Part shown: in pieces, positions 36,725 to 47,060 of the stretch | Layout of the letters: each line of letters starts with the position of its first letter | Position numbering within the stretch: position 1 is the first letter of the stretch | Source of the DNA: Gemmatimonadales bacterium | GTDB taxonomy: Bacteria; Gemmatimonadota; Gemmatimonadetes; Gemmatimonadales; GWC2-71-9 | Direction: 5' to 3' | DNA length: 62,344 nt | NCBI GenBank assembly: GCA_035310725.1 | Contig: DATGDT010000122.1 | Coordinates: 1-62,344 of the forward strand | Program-made: the position numbers and the translations under genes | Notes under the pieces: model-generated | Told to the model about the DNA's origin: nothing | Seen by the model: the letters and a program-made list of their open reading frames with translations, nothing else | Databases searched by the model: none

Positions 36725-36753
36725 GACCGCGCCAAGGCCGGCAGGGCGCGGTC
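36725..36753 (-). terminator. 9-bp GC hairpin overlapping the rel stop codon, 14 nt before the uvrB ATG (attenuator or processing hairpin rather than a full terminator)
   Basis: gaccgcgcc (36725-36733) pairs with ggcgcggtc (36745-36753). On the transcript it is followed by GUUAGCUUUCUGCC and then AUG. Confidence 0.3.
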
Positions 36754-38935
36754 AGGCCTGGGCCTGGTGGGGACCGACGTCCCGGCGCGCGATTTCGGTC
36801 ACGCCTTTCACCCGGCGCACGGCGCGCAAGACCTTGTTCAGGTGTGTGTGGTTCTCCACCTCGACGAGCAGATAGCCGTACACGGCGCTGTCGCGGGAGG
36901 AGAGCTCCGCGTGGCGGATGTTGGTCCCCGACTGGCTCACGGCCTCGCAGATGTCCGCGTAGAGACCGCGTCGGTCTTCGCCCGCAATCACGAGCCGCAC
37001 CACGAACGTCTCACCTTCGGACTCCTGCCAATCGATCTCGACGCGGCGTTCGGCCTCGGCCGACAGCGGGAGGAGGTTGGGACAGTCGCTGCGGTGGATG
37101 GAGATTCCCCGCCCCTGAGTGACGTAGCCCACCACCGGATCGCCGGGTACGGGTTGGCAGCATTGCGCATAGCGGACCATGAGGCCATCCACGCCCTGGA
37201 TCCGGATGCCGCGGCCGAGCCGCAGGCGCTGGATGACGCGACCGAACGCCGTCGGCTTGGGCGCCTGGAGGTCCTCGGCCGGGAGGTCGGGGTAGAGCGC
37301 CCGCATCACCAGCCCCAGCGCCACGTCGCCCCGCCCCAGCACCGCTTCGAGCTGCTCGGCGCTCCCCACCGAGAGCGCGGCGGCCGCCCGCGCGAGCTGG
37401 TCCGCATCGGGCGGCTCCAGGCGCCGGCGCCGGACTTCACGGTCCAGGATCTCCTTGCCCAGCGAGACGCTGCGGGTGTGCTCCTCGGACCGGATCCACT
37501 GGCGGATCTTGTGCCGCGCGCGGCTGGTGTGCACGTGCGCCAGCCAGTCGCGCGAGGGACGCGCCTGCGGGCTCGTCAGCACCTCGACGGAGTCGCCGTT
37601 CTTCAGCGGGCGATGCAGCGGCGCGATGCGGCCGTTCACCCGGGCGCCGTGGCAGCGGTAGCCGACCTCGGTGTGCACCGCGAACGCGAAGTCGATGGGC
37701 GTCGCGTCCTTCGGCAGCCGTTTCACGTCGCCACGCGGCGTGAACACGAAGATCTCGTCCTGGTAGAGGTCGACCTTCAGAAACTCGAGGAACTCCTCCG
37801 GGGAATGTGCATCCTGCTGCAGCTCGAGCAGCTGTCGGAACCAGGCGAGGTGGCGGTCGAGCTCGTCGGGCGCCTTCCCTTCCTTGAACAGCCAGTGGGC
37901 GGCGATGCCGTACTCGGCGGTGCGGTGCATGTCCCGGGTGCGGATCTGGATCTCGTAGAGCTGGCCGCCGGGGCCGAACACGGTGGTGTGGAGCGACTGG
38001 TAGCCGTTGGACTTCGGGCTCGCGATGTAGTCCTTGATCCGCTCCTGCACCGGGGTCCACTGGTGGTGGATGACGCCGAGCGCGTGATAGCAGTCGGCGA
38101 CCGAGTTGACGAGCACGCGCATCGCGAGCAGATCGTAGATCTCCTCGAACGGCTTGTCCCGCCGCTTCATCTTCTTGTCGATGGACCAGAGGTTCTTCGG
38201 CCGGCCGGCGATCTCGAAGTCGGTGAGCCCGGCGCGCTTCAGCTCCTCGGCCAGGGGCGCCCGCAGGCGCTCGATCGTCTGCTCGCGCTCCGCGCGGCGG
38301 GCCTGGATCTTCTTGAGCAGCGCCCGGTACTCCTCGGGCTCGAGGAAGCGAAAGGCGAGGTCTTCGAGCTCCGCCTTCACCCCCGCCATGCCGAAGCGGT
38401 GGGCCAGCGGCGCGTAGATCTCCTGCGTCTCCAGCGCGATGCGACGCTGCTTGTCCTCGGAGAGGTGCTCGAGCGTCCGCATGTTGTGCAACCGGTCGGC
38501 CAACTTGATGATGATGACCCGGGCGTCCTTCGCGATGGAGAGGAGCAGCTTGCGGTAGTTCTCCGCCGCCGCCTCCTCGGCGGAGCGGAACGTCAGACCC
38601 GATAGCTTGGTCAGCCCGTCCACCAGGTCGGCGACCTCGGTCCCGAACTCCTTGCGGATCTGCTCGAGGGAGACGTCGGAATCCTCCACGACGTCGTGCA
38701 GCAGGGCCGCGGCGATCGTGGTCGAATCCATCTGCTGCTCGGCCAGGATGGTGGCGACCGCCACGCTGTGCGACAGGAAGTCCTCCCCGGACTTGCGCTT
38801 CTGGCCGGAATGGGCCCGGGCGCTGGTGCGGTAGGCCCGGCTCAGCAGGTCCAGGTCGAGGCGCTCGCGCAGCGGCGCCAGCGCCTTGGCCAGTTCCGGG
38901 GCCAGGGAGGGTGTAGAGGATGCTGCCGTCGTCAC
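36752..38935 (-). CDS. rel: Bifunctional (p)ppGpp synthetase/hydrolase (RelA/SpoT homologue)
   Basis: 727 aa. It has an HD domain (HSVAVATILAE...LLHDVVED), a synthetase domain (GRPKNLWSIDKKM...YQSLHTTV), and TGS and ACT-like C-terminal domains. Confidence 0.96.
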   Translation of the reverse strand: MTTAASSTPSLAPELAKALAPLRERLDLDLLSRAYRTSARAHSGQKRKSGEDFLSHSVAVATILAEQQMDSTTIAAALLHDVVEDSDVSLEQIRKEFGTEVADLVDGLTKLSGLTFRSAEEAAAENYRKLLLSIAKDARVIIIKLADRLHNMRTLEHLSEDKQRRIALETQEIYAPLAHRFGMAGVKAELEDLAFRFLEPEEYRALLKKIQARRAEREQTIERLRAPLAEELKRAGLTDFEIAGRPKNLWSIDKKMKRRDKPFEEIYDLLAMRVLVNSVADCYHALGVIHHQWTPVQERIKDYIASPKSNGYQSLHTTVFGPGGQLYEIQIRTRDMHRTAEYGIAAHWLFKEGKAPDELDRHLAWFRQLLELQQDAHSPEEFLEFLKVDLYQDEIFVFTPRGDVKRLPKDATPIDFAFAVHTEVGYRCHGARVNGRIAPLHRPLKNGDSVEVLTSPQARPSRDWLAHVHTSRARHKIRQWIRSEEHTRSVSLGKEILDREVRRRRLEPPDADQLARAAAALSVGSAEQLEAVLGRGDVALGLVMRALYPDLPAEDLQAPKPTAFGRVIQRLRLGRGIRIQGVDGLMVRYAQCCQPVPGDPVVGYVTQGRGISIHRSDCPNLLPLSAEAERRVEIDWQESEGETFVVRLVIAGEDRRGLYADICEAVSQSGTNIRHAELSSRDSAVYGYLLVEVENHTHLNKVLRAVRRVKGVTEIARRDVGPHQAQA

Positions 38936-38961
38936 CCGTGGAGGATGGCGAAACGGCGGGT

Positions 38962-39648
38962 TTAGAGCAAGCCGGCCTCCGCGAAGCTCACGTACCGCTC
39001 GGCGCCGATGATAACATGGTCGTACACCGGAAGATCCAGCAATCGCCCGGCGTCCACGAGCTGGCGTGTGACAGCGCGGTCGTCGGCCGAGGGGGTCGGG
39101 TCGCCGCTGGGGTGGTTATGGACCACGATGATCCCCGCCGCTGCCTCGGCGATGGCGCCCCGGAACACCTCCCGCGGGTGCACCAGGGAGCTGTTCAGTA
39201 TCCCGCGCGTGATGAGCAGGTCGGCGAGGACCTGGCTCTGGCTGCCGAGGGCCAGCACGTGGAATTCCTCCACGGCGAGATCGCGCAGGCGGGGCGCGCA
39301 GCGCCGATGCACGTCCGCGGGTCCCGCGATGCGTTCCGGCGGCGGCGTCAGCTCGGCGCCCAGGCGGCGTCCCAGCTCCAGCGCGGCGGCGACCCGCGCG
39401 GCCTTGGCGCGCCCCACGCCGGGAATCCGCGCGACGTCCGCGGCCGGCCGGCTGGCGAGCCGCGCGATGGAGCTGTCGACCCGGGCGAGCAGGGCGGCGG
39501 CAACCTCGAGGGCGCTGCGGCCGGCGCACCCGGTGCCCAGCAGGATGGCAAGGAGCTCCTGGACGGTGAGCGCGTGACTGCCGAGGTGCCAGAGCCGCTC
39601 GCGGGGCCGGTCCCGCGTGCCTGAGGTCGACGCAGCGACGGTCGCCAT
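38962..39648 (-). CDS. radC: RadC-family JAB/MPN domain protein
   Basis: 228 aa. HhH region: ELLAILLGTG...IPGVGRAKAA. JAMM motif: VVHNHPSGDPTPSADD. Confidence 0.9.
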   Translation of the reverse strand: MATVAASTSGTRDRPRERLWHLGSHALTVQELLAILLGTGCAGRSALEVAAALLARVDSSIARLASRPAADVARIPGVGRAKAARVAAALELGRRLGAELTPPPERIAGPADVHRRCAPRLRDLAVEEFHVLALGSQSQVLADLLITRGILNSSLVHPREVFRGAIAEAAAGIIVVHNHPSGDPTPSADDRAVTRQLVDAGRLLDLPVYDHVIIGAERYVSFAEAGLL

Positions 39649-39723
39649 GCAGGCAACGTAAGGCGGGGAGGGCCCGCCCGCGGTATCAAAGAAACGCGGG
39701 CGACGCCTTTCGCGCGCCGGCGC

Positions 39724-42700
39724 TCACAGCGCCGCGCCGTGGCATTTCTTGAACTTCTTGCCGCTGCCGCACGGACAGGGATCGTTGCGTCCGACGCCGA
39801 CGTACGGATTCGCCACCGCGGCCTCGACCGGGGTCGGTCGGCCGGAGGGCGGCAACGGGCCAGTGGAGGTGCCCCCGCTCACGAGCCCGTCGGCTTCCGG
39901 CTTCATCGCCACCATGGGTGTGGGGCGCCGCGGCGCGGGGCCGCCGAGCAGGCCGGGAGGGGCGCCGACGCCCTGCGGCCGCGGGCGGCCGCCGGCCGGT
40001 CCGGTCGAACCCGGCGCCGGTGGCCCGACCTGGATCTGCAGCTTGAGCCAGCGCTCGGCGAACGTGCTGCGCACGTCGTCGATCAGGCCCTTGAACATCT
40101 CGAACGCGTCCTGCTTGTACTCGATCAGCGGGTCCTTCTGTCCCCAGCCGCGATACTGGATGCCCGCCTTGAGCTGATCGAGATCGTAGAGGTGGTCCTT
40201 CCACTTCTCGTCGATCACCGAGAGCATGATCTGGGACAGGGCCTGCTCGGCGAGACCCGTCTGCTCCGCCAGCCGGGCCTCGATCGCCGCGCGCACTACG
40301 GGATCGGTTTCGCGCCGCAACCGGGCTTCGAGGTCGCGCCGCAGCATCACATCGGCATCGCGCAGCTGGGACAGCTTGCCCTCGAACGACTCGTGCCCGG
40401 CCTGCTGGGCCGCGCGCACCAGGTCGTCCCGGCCCCGGACCTTCGCGGGATCGGTGAGGTCCGGCACCGAGAGCAGATAGCGCTGCAGCATCTCCGTGGT
40501 GAGCAGCTCGCGATCCCACTCGGCGGGGTCCTTGTAGACGGCGGTGCGTTCGTCCACCAGCCGCTCGACCGCGGCGTCGATCATTCGCAGCGCTTCCGCC
40601 TTCAGCTCCTCCCCGCCCTCGAGCGCGAACAGCCGCAGCGAGTACATGACCTCGCGCTGCTGGTTCATGACGTCGTCGTACTCGAGCAGCCGCTTGCGGG
40701 CCTGGAAGTTCTGCAGCTCGACCCGCTTCTGCGCCTGGCTGATGGCGCCGGTGACCCAGGGATGGGTGATCACCTCGCCCTCTTCGGCGCCGCCGCGGTC
40801 CATCCAGCGCGCGATGCGGTCGGACCCGAAGAGCCGCATCAGGTCGTCTTCCAGCGACAGATAGAAGACGCTTCCCCCTGGATCGCCCTGGCGGCCGGAG
40901 CGGCCCCGCAGCTGGCGGTCGATGCGGCGCGCCTCGTGCCGCTCGGTGCCCACGATCACGAGCCCGCAGGGCGGGTCGTCGTTGCAGTTGAGCTCCTTGA
41001 TCCGCTCCGCGGTGAGATCGGCGTGCTCGATCGCCTGCCCGAAGGCCGGCTCGCCGCGCGCCCGGATGCCGCAGACCTGGCACTGCTTCACGCCGGGGCC
41101 GAGTTTGATGTCGGTGCCGCGGCCCGCCATGTTGGTGGCGATCGTGATCGCGCCCGGCTGCCCGGCCTGGGCCACGATCTCGGCCTCGCGCTCGTGGTAC
41201 TTGGCATTCAGCACTTCGTGCTTCAGCCCGCGTCGCTTGAGCATCCGGGAGAGCGTTTCGGACACTTCGACGCTCACCGTGCCGACGAGCACCGGCAGCC
41301 CGCGCTTGTGCTGCCGCTCCGCCTCCTCGACGATCGCGTTGTACTTTTCGCGCCGCGTCTTGTAGATGAGGTCGTGCTTGTCGACCCGACGCACCGGCCG
41401 GTTCGTCGGGATGACGACCACTTCCAGCTTGTAGATCTGGAAGAACTCGGTTTCCTCGGTCTCGGCCGTGCCCGTCATGCCGGCGAGCTTTTCGTACATG
41501 CGGAAGTAGTTCTGGATGGTGATCGTGGCGAGGGTCTGACTCTCCTCGCGCACCGTCACACCTTCCTTCGCCTCGACCGCCTGATGCAGGCCCTCCGCCC
41601 AGCGCCGGCCCGGCATGAGCCGGCCGGTGAACTCGTCCACGATGAAGACCTGGCCGTCCTGCACGACGTACTCCACGTCCTTCTCGTACAGGGCGTGGGC
41701 CTGGAGCAGCTTGTGGATGATGTGCAGCGTCTCGCTCTTGCCCGCGTACTCCGACTCCACGACACGCCGCCGCTCCAGCTTCTCGGCGGGGGTGAGGGTC
41801 TCGTCGCGATCGATGACGTGCACCGCGTGGGAGATATCGGGGACGACGAACAGGGTCGGGTCGTCGGGCGACATCGTCTCGACGCCCTTCTCGGTGAGGT
41901 GCACCGAATGGCCGCGCTCGTCGAGCACGAAATAGAGGTCGTCCTCGACGTTGCGCATCTTCTGGTCGCGCGCCGGCAGCTTGCGGTCGGCGAGGCGATC
42001 GAGCTCCACCCGCTGCACGATCGTCTTGATGCCCTGCTCGTTGAGCAGCTTGAGCAACTTCTTGTTCTTGGGCATGCCGAGCTGCGCCTGATAGAGCAGC
42101 CTGGCCCCTTCGTACTGAGTCTTCTCGTCCGCCAGCAGCGGCTCGGCTTTGCCGATGAGGTCGTTCACGATCGCGGTCTGCTTGCGGACGAGCTGAACGA
42201 CCTGCGTGTTGAATTGGGCGTACTTCACGTCCGATTCGGCGCCCACGGCTCCCGAGATGATGAGCGGCGTGCGCGCCTCGTCGATCAGGATCGAGTCGAC
42301 TTCGTCGATGATGGCGTAGTAGTGCCCGCGCTGCACGCGCTCGTCGAGCCGGCCCACCATGTTGTCGCGCAGGTAGTCGAAGCCGAATTCGTTGTTCGTG
42401 CCGTAGGTGATGTCGCAGCGGTACGCGGCTTTCCGCTCGGGCGAAGCGGGCTGCGTGTCGTCGATGCAGCCGACGGTGAGGCCCAGCCAGGTGAACAGGT
42501 GGCCCATCCACTGCGAGTCGCGCCGCGCCAGGTAGTTGTTCACCGTGACGAGGTGCGCGCCCTTCCCGGCCAGCGCGTTCAGGTAGAGCGGCAACGTGGC
42601 GACCAGGGTCTTCCCTTCCCCGGTGGCCATCTCCGCGATCTTGCCCTGGTGCAGCACGATGCCGCCGATCAGCTGCACGTCGTAGGGCACCATGTCCCAG

Positions 42701-43101
42701 GCCTGCTCGTGCCCGGTCACCGTGACCTTCGTGCCCAGCAGCCGCCGGCACGCCTCCCGCACGGTGGCGTAGGCCTCGGGCAGAATGTCGTCCAGCGCGG
42801 CCTGCAGGGCGCGCCCGTAGCGCTGCTCGGCCTGGCCCAGCTGATCCGACAACCGCGCCCGCTCTTCCGCGTCGGGGCAGTCGTGCTTGGCCCGCTTCAG
42901 GCGCTCCACCTCCGCGGCCAGCTCCGCGGTGCGCTCGGCGATGATCCCCCGGCACTTGGCGGTCTGGGCCTGGAGCTCCGAATCGCCCAGGTCCTTGAGC
43001 CGCGCTTCGTGCCGGTGAATCGCGTCGACCAGCGGGCGGATGCGCTTCATCTCCCGCCGGAACCGCGTCCCGAACACCTTGGTAAACAGCCGTCTCACCA
43101 T
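39724..43101 (-). CDS. secA: Preprotein translocase ATPase SecA
   Basis: 1125 aa. MATGEGKTLVATLP and TNMAGRGTDIKLG are present, and the C-terminal zinc motif is CPCGSGKKFKKCHG. Confidence 0.98.
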   Translation of the reverse strand: MVRRLFTKVFGTRFRREMKRIRPLVDAIHRHEARLKDLGDSELQAQTAKCRGIIAERTAELAAEVERLKRAKHDCPDAEERARLSDQLGQAEQRYGRALQAALDDILPEAYATVREACRRLLGTKVTVTGHEQAWDMVPYDVQLIGGIVLHQGKIAEMATGEGKTLVATLPLYLNALAGKGAHLVTVNNYLARRDSQWMGHLFTWLGLTVGCIDDTQPASPERKAAYRCDITYGTNNEFGFDYLRDNMVGRLDERVQRGHYYAIIDEVDSILIDEARTPLIISGAVGAESDVKYAQFNTQVVQLVRKQTAIVNDLIGKAEPLLADEKTQYEGARLLYQAQLGMPKNKKLLKLLNEQGIKTIVQRVELDRLADRKLPARDQKMRNVEDDLYFVLDERGHSVHLTEKGVETMSPDDPTLFVVPDISHAVHVIDRDETLTPAEKLERRRVVESEYAGKSETLHIIHKLLQAHALYEKDVEYVVQDGQVFIVDEFTGRLMPGRRWAEGLHQAVEAKEGVTVREESQTLATITIQNYFRMYEKLAGMTGTAETEETEFFQIYKLEVVVIPTNRPVRRVDKHDLIYKTRREKYNAIVEEAERQHKRGLPVLVGTVSVEVSETLSRMLKRRGLKHEVLNAKYHEREAEIVAQAGQPGAITIATNMAGRGTDIKLGPGVKQCQVCGIRARGEPAFGQAIEHADLTAERIKELNCNDDPPCGLVIVGTERHEARRIDRQLRGRSGRQGDPGGSVFYLSLEDDLMRLFGSDRIARWMDRGGAEEGEVITHPWVTGAISQAQKRVELQNFQARKRLLEYDDVMNQQREVMYSLRLFALEGGEELKAEALRMIDAAVERLVDERTAVYKDPAEWDRELLTTEMLQRYLLSVPDLTDPAKVRGRDDLVRAAQQAGHESFEGKLSQLRDADVMLRRDLEARLRRETDPVVRAAIEARLAEQTGLAEQALSQIMLSVIDEKWKDHLYDLDQLKAGIQYRGWGQKDPLIEYKQDAFEMFKGLIDDVRSTFAERWLKLQIQVGPPAPGSTGPAGGRPRPQGVGAPPGLLGGPAPRRPTPMVAMKPEADGLVSGGTSTGPLPPSGRPTPVEAAVANPYVGVGRNDPCPCGSGKKFKKCHGAAL

Positions 43102-43112
43102 CGGTCCTCAGT

Positions 43113-43673
43113 CTAGCGATACAGCCCGTGCGCGGCGATGTACTCGCGCACCGCGTCGGGCACCAAGTAACGAATGGACCGGCCCTCGGCCACCCGGCGC
43201 CGCACCAGCGTCGCCGAAATGTCCACGGCCGGCACCTCGATCGCCCGGCGAATGATGGGGAGGTCCGGCACGGGAGCCCCCGGCCGGCCGAATACCACCA
43301 CGTCCGCCAGGGCGGGCAGCGCCTCCACCTCGAACCAGGCCGGCAGCTCCCGGGCGGCATCCGCCCCCAGCAATAACGTGAACCGGTTCCCCGGCTCACG
43401 CTCCGCCAGGGCCCGCAGTGTCCGCACGGTGTAGGACGGCGCCGCCAGCTCGAGCTCGATCCGCTCCACGGACAGCCGCGGATTGCCGGCGAGCGCCAGG
43501 GCGAGCATCTCGGCGCGCTGCGCGGCGGTCGCCCCGTGCGCCGCCCGCTTGAAGGGCTGTTCGCGCGCCGGCATCAGACGAACGCGCGCCCCCAGCTCCT
43601 CCGCCGCCGTCTCGGCGGCCACGAGATGCCCCAGATGGACCGGATCGAACGATCCACCGAACAGCGCGTCCAC
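43113..43673 (-). CDS. nadD: Nicotinate-nucleotide adenylyltransferase
   Basis: GTG 43673: MDALFGGSFDPVHLGHL...ISATLVRRRV (ISSTxxR-type motif). The longer 328-aa track ORF runs out of frame through bamD. Confidence 0.88.
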   Translation of the reverse strand: MDALFGGSFDPVHLGHLVAAETAAEELGARVRLMPAREQPFKRAAHGATAAQRAEMLALALAGNPRLSVERIELELAAPSYTVRTLRALAEREPGNRFTLLLGADAARELPAWFEVEALPALADVVVFGRPGAPVPDLPIIRRAIEVPAVDISATLVRRRVAEGRSIRYLVPDAVREYIAAHGLYR

Positions 43674-43677
43674 GCGC

Positions 43678-44427
43678 TCAGGGAGAACCGGGCGCGGCGG
43701 TGGGTTCCGGCGGGCAGGATTTGGCGATGCCCCCCGCCCGCGGATAGAAGCGGCGCAGGTGGGCACACGCCTCCTGCAGCTCCTCCTTGTAGCCGATCGC
43801 GCGGTAGGTATCCACGAGGCGTAACAAGGCGTCGGGCGCCCGCGCCGCTTCCGGATAGTTGGCCACGATGTCCTTGAAGTAGATGATGCCGGAGTCCCAG
43901 GCGCGCCGCTTGAAGTAGAAGATGCCGTTCTTGTACGCTTTGTCGGCGAACCAATTCCGCAGGTCGCGCACGTGGAGCTGTGCGCGGGCGGCCGCCTCGG
44001 AATCCGGGTACCGGCCCGCGAGGTCCTGGTAGATCGCCAGGGCCGCTTCGCCGTAACTCGGATCGAGCTCGGGGTTGCGCCACAGCCGCATGTTCGCATC
44101 CCCGGCGCGCAGCAGCGACACCGCCGCGTACGCGCTGCCCGGATACTGATCGGCCACCTCGCGGAAATCGTGCGCGGCGTCCACGAGCTGTCCCGCCTGG
44201 AATTCCGATTCGGCGGTCGAGTAGTGCACTTCGGGCAGGGCCGGATCGTTGGGCGGCAGCTCGAACTGCACGCGGCGGAAGGTCTGCAACGCCTTCGTGA
44301 ACTTACCGGCGCGGAACTCGGCCCTCGCCTGCGCCAGGACCTGCTCGGGGGCGAGCGCCGGACCGGGGCGCGCGCGGTGCGCGCACGCCGCCACTACCAG
44401 AGGAAACAGCCAACGAACTGCGCGCAT
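43678..44427 (-). CDS. bamD: Outer membrane protein assembly factor BamD (YfiO-like TPR lipoprotein)
   Basis: Start at MRAVRWLFPLVVAAC (lipobox). The architecture YGEAALAIYQDLAGRYPDSEAAARAQ...KNGIFYFKRRAWDSGIIYFKDIVANYPEAARAPDALLRLVDTY is typical of BamD. Confidence 0.85.
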   Translation of the reverse strand: MRAVRWLFPLVVAACAHRARPGPALAPEQVLAQARAEFRAGKFTKALQTFRRVQFELPPNDPALPEVHYSTAESEFQAGQLVDAAHDFREVADQYPGSAYAAVSLLRAGDANMRLWRNPELDPSYGEAALAIYQDLAGRYPDSEAAARAQLHVRDLRNWFADKAYKNGIFYFKRRAWDSGIIYFKDIVANYPEAARAPDALLRLVDTYRAIGYKEELQEACAHLRRFYPRAGGIAKSCPPEPTAAPGSP

Positions 44428-44432
44428 AGACG

Positions 44433-45341
44433 TCACGGTTGCGGGGGAGCGCTGTCCGCCCTGCCCAGCGCGTTGAGCTTCTCCTGTGCGCGCTGGGCCA
44501 GCGAATCGCCCGGCACACCGCCCATCAGGGACTGCTGATAGAAGTCGACGGCGGCCGCGACGTCGCCGCGGGCCAGGGCCACATCGCCCAACCCGACGTA
44601 CGCCGCCCGCGTCACCTCGATCGCCGATCCCGGCGTCGCGGCGCGCCGGAACCATTCTTCGGCGTCGACCGGGCGACCCGCCGCGAGCGCCGACTGGCCG
44701 CGCATCAGCGCGCAGCGCGCAATCCCCTCGCGCGCCGCATCCTGGACGACCGGCTGACGCTGGCGCTGCAGTACTCCTTCGAACACCGCCATGGCCGTGA
44801 CACAGTCCTTGGCGAGGGCGGCCGCTTCCCCCAGCACGTACAGTAGCGAATCCGCGGTGCGGGCGTCGGGCGCGGTGGCGATCGCCGTGGGCAAGTACGC
44901 CAAGGCGTCCGCCGTGTTCCCGGCGGCCGCCGCGTCGAGTGCGACGATGCGGGCGTAGGCGCCGAGCGGACGGCTCGGCGAGATCTCCCGTATCCCCTGC
45001 AGCGCCTGGGCCATGGCGATCCGGTCATTGGTCGCGACGGCGCCCCGCGCCGCGCGTTCCAGCCCATCGACCGCCTCATCGGCGCGACTCGGATCCTCCC
45101 GGGCCAGGGCCCGATACTCCTGCGCCGCGAAGCTGTAGTCCTCCGTGTGGAGCGCGGCCGCGCCGGCCTTGGCATGGAGGTCCGCCCCGGCGCCGCCGGC
45201 GCGCAGGCCCAGCTGATACTCGGCCAGGGCGTCGGCATAGGCGCCCGCGACGTAGTTGCGATCTCCGAGCACCACATGGTCCGCCGCACTCGGCGTGCAG
45301 GCCAGCGCCACGAGCGCGGCCGCGGTCGCCCCCGCTTTCAC
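44433..45341 (-). CDS. Ala-rich helical-repeat (TPR-like) lipoprotein, function unknown
   Basis: GTG 45341 forms a GTGA overlap with the upstream stop. Sequence begins MKAGATAAALVALAC (lipobox), followed by repeated helical pairs. It ends 5 nt before bamD. Confidence 0.65.
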   Translation of the reverse strand: MKAGATAAALVALACTPSAADHVVLGDRNYVAGAYADALAEYQLGLRAGGAGADLHAKAGAAALHTEDYSFAAQEYRALAREDPSRADEAVDGLERAARGAVATNDRIAMAQALQGIREISPSRPLGAYARIVALDAAAAGNTADALAYLPTAIATAPDARTADSLLYVLGEAAALAKDCVTAMAVFEGVLQRQRQPVVQDAAREGIARCALMRGQSALAAGRPVDAEEWFRRAATPGSAIEVTRAAYVGLGDVALARGDVAAAVDFYQQSLMGGVPGDSLAQRAQEKLNALGRADSAPPQP

Positions 45342-46099
45342 GGAGTGCGTTGACGGCCCGAGATTCGCGGCGCGGGTTCTCCCGGCATCCCGATGAGATC
45401 CCCGCGGTCCAGCATGGCCAGGTAGGCCTCGACGCGCGGATCCTCCGGCCGGCGGCGGCGGCAATCCTCCCACACCACGCGCGCCGAGAGACCGTCGCCG
45501 CTCAAGTAGGACGCCAACCCGAGCATCGCGGCGGCATCGAGGAAATTGGGCCGGGAGCGCACGATGATCTCGAACTGCTCGCGTGCCTCGAGCACGCGCC
45601 CCGCCTGGAGCAGCAACCGGCCCAGCTTGTAGCGCAGGTCGTGGAACTCGGGGCCGAGCGCCAGCGCCGCCTGATACTGACCGATCGCCTCGCGCATGCC
45701 CCCTGCCTCGATGTACGCCTCGGCCAGATGGGCGTGCAGATTCGCCAGCTTCGCCGCCAGATGCGTGGGAAACCCGAGCCGGGACTTCCCGCCGATCTGG
45801 CCGGCGCGGCGCAGCGAGTCGGTCGCCTCCTGCTCGCGTCCCAGATCATTGAGGACCAGGGCGCGGTGCACCAGCGCTTCGACGTAATGCGGGTTCAGCT
45901 CGAGCGCGCGATCCAGGTGGGCCAGCGCCTTCTCCGGCTGGCCGACGAGCGAGTAGCACAGGCCCAGCATGTGCTCGGCATCGGCGAACGCGTGGCCAAC
46001 CGCCGAGATCTCCTCGAGCAGGTGGATCGCGCCGTAGTAGTCCTGCAGCTGGAATCGCTCGCGGGCCTGATCGACCCGCCGTTCAGGACTGGCGTCCAT
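45338..46099 (-). CDS. TPR-repeat protein, function unknown
   Basis: 253 aa with no signal peptide. TPR units include HMLGLCYSLVGQPEKALAHLDRALELNPHYVEAL. Confidence 0.7.
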   Translation of the reverse strand: MDASPERRVDQARERFQLQDYYGAIHLLEEISAVGHAFADAEHMLGLCYSLVGQPEKALAHLDRALELNPHYVEALVHRALVLNDLGREQEATDSLRRAGQIGGKSRLGFPTHLAAKLANLHAHLAEAYIEAGGMREAIGQYQAALALGPEFHDLRYKLGRLLLQAGRVLEAREQFEIIVRSRPNFLDAAAMLGLASYLSGDGLSARVVWEDCRRRRPEDPRVEAYLAMLDRGDLIGMPGEPAPRISGRQRTP

Positions 46100-47060
46100 G
46101 AACCTCCCGGTACCACGACACGAACCGGCGGATGCCTTCCTCGATGCCGACCTTGGGCCGGTACCCCAGCTCCCGTTCGGAGCGCGTCAGATCGGCCGCC
46201 GTGAGCGGCACGTCCCCGGGCGAATCGGGGCTCTGCTCGATCGCCGCCTCGCATCCGACGGCGTTCGCGATCAGCGTGATCAGCCGATCGAGCCGCACCC
46301 GCTCGCCGCCCCCGAGATTGAACACCCGCCATGGCTCGGCGCCGTCGCCCCCGCGACCGGCCCGGGCCGTCCAGTCGAGGGCCGCCAGGGTCCCGTCCAC
46401 CACATCGGAAACATACGTGTAATCGCGCTCGCTCGAACCGTCCCCCCGCATCTGGATCGGCTGGCCGGCGGCAATCCGGGCCGTGAAGCGGTGGACCGCC
46501 AGGTCGGGGCGCTGCCGGGGCCCGTACACCGTGAAGAACCGCAGACAGGCGATGCGGGTCGCGTACAGATGCGAGAAGGACCGGCACACGAGCTCCCCCG
46601 CCCGCTTGCTCGCGGCGTACGGGGAGATCGGGTGGTCGGCGCGGGCGTCCTCCGAAAACGGCGCGGGCGTGGACTCGCCGTACACCGAGGAAGACGACCC
46701 GAAGACCACCCGCGTGATTCCCTCCTGGTGCGCCGCGTCGAGCAGCCGGGCGGTGGCCGTCACGTTCGCTTCCATGTAGGCGGCGGGCTGCTGCAGCGAA
46801 GTCTGGACGCCGGGTTTGGCCGCCAGATGGATGATCGCCTCGACCCCTTCCAGCGGGAGCGGGTCGCGGACCACGTCGCCTTCGGAGAACAGGAACCCGC
46901 GCCGGTGCCGCAGGCTGGCGACGTTGCGCTCCTTGGTCGCCCGGGCGTAGAACGGATCGAAGTTGTCGATGCCGGCCACCTCATGCCCGGCATCGAGGAG
47001 CGCCTCGCACACGTGGGATCCGATGAAGCCGGCAGCGCCGGTGACCAGCAGTCTGCTCAT
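46083..47060 (-). CDS. NAD-dependent epimerase, UDP-glucuronate 4-epimerase-like
   Basis: Start at [22 protein letters not shown], with an ATGA overlap with the UXS stop. [14 protein letters not shown] and YAASK resemble UDP-GlcA 4-epimerases. Confidence 0.75.
   Translation of the reverse strand: MSRLLVTGAAGFIGSHVCEALLDAGHEVAGIDNFDPFYARATKERNVASLRHRRGFLFSEGDVVRDPLPLEGVEAIIHLAAKPGVQTSLQQPAAYMEANVTATARLLDAAHQEGITRVVFGSSSSVYGESTPAPFSEDARADHPISPYAASKRAGELVCRSFSHLYATRIACLRFFTVYGPRQRPDLAVHRFTARIAAGQPIQMRGDGSSERDYTYVSDVVDGTLAALDWTARAGRGGDGAEPWRVFNLGGGERVRLDRLITLIANAVGCEAAIEQSPDSPGDVPLTAADLTRSERELGYRPKVGIEEGIRRFVSWYREVHGRQS

Noticed and set aside
39739-43116. An uninterrupted 1125-aa ORF on the plus strand, exactly antisense to secA and the same length
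   Set aside because: It is codon-aligned with secA (offset 15 nt). Stops in that antisense frame arise only from sense codons TTA, CTA or TCA, which a GC3-saturated gene almost never uses. The product is Arg/Gly/Pro/His-rich with no recognisable motifs. This is a shadow ORF.
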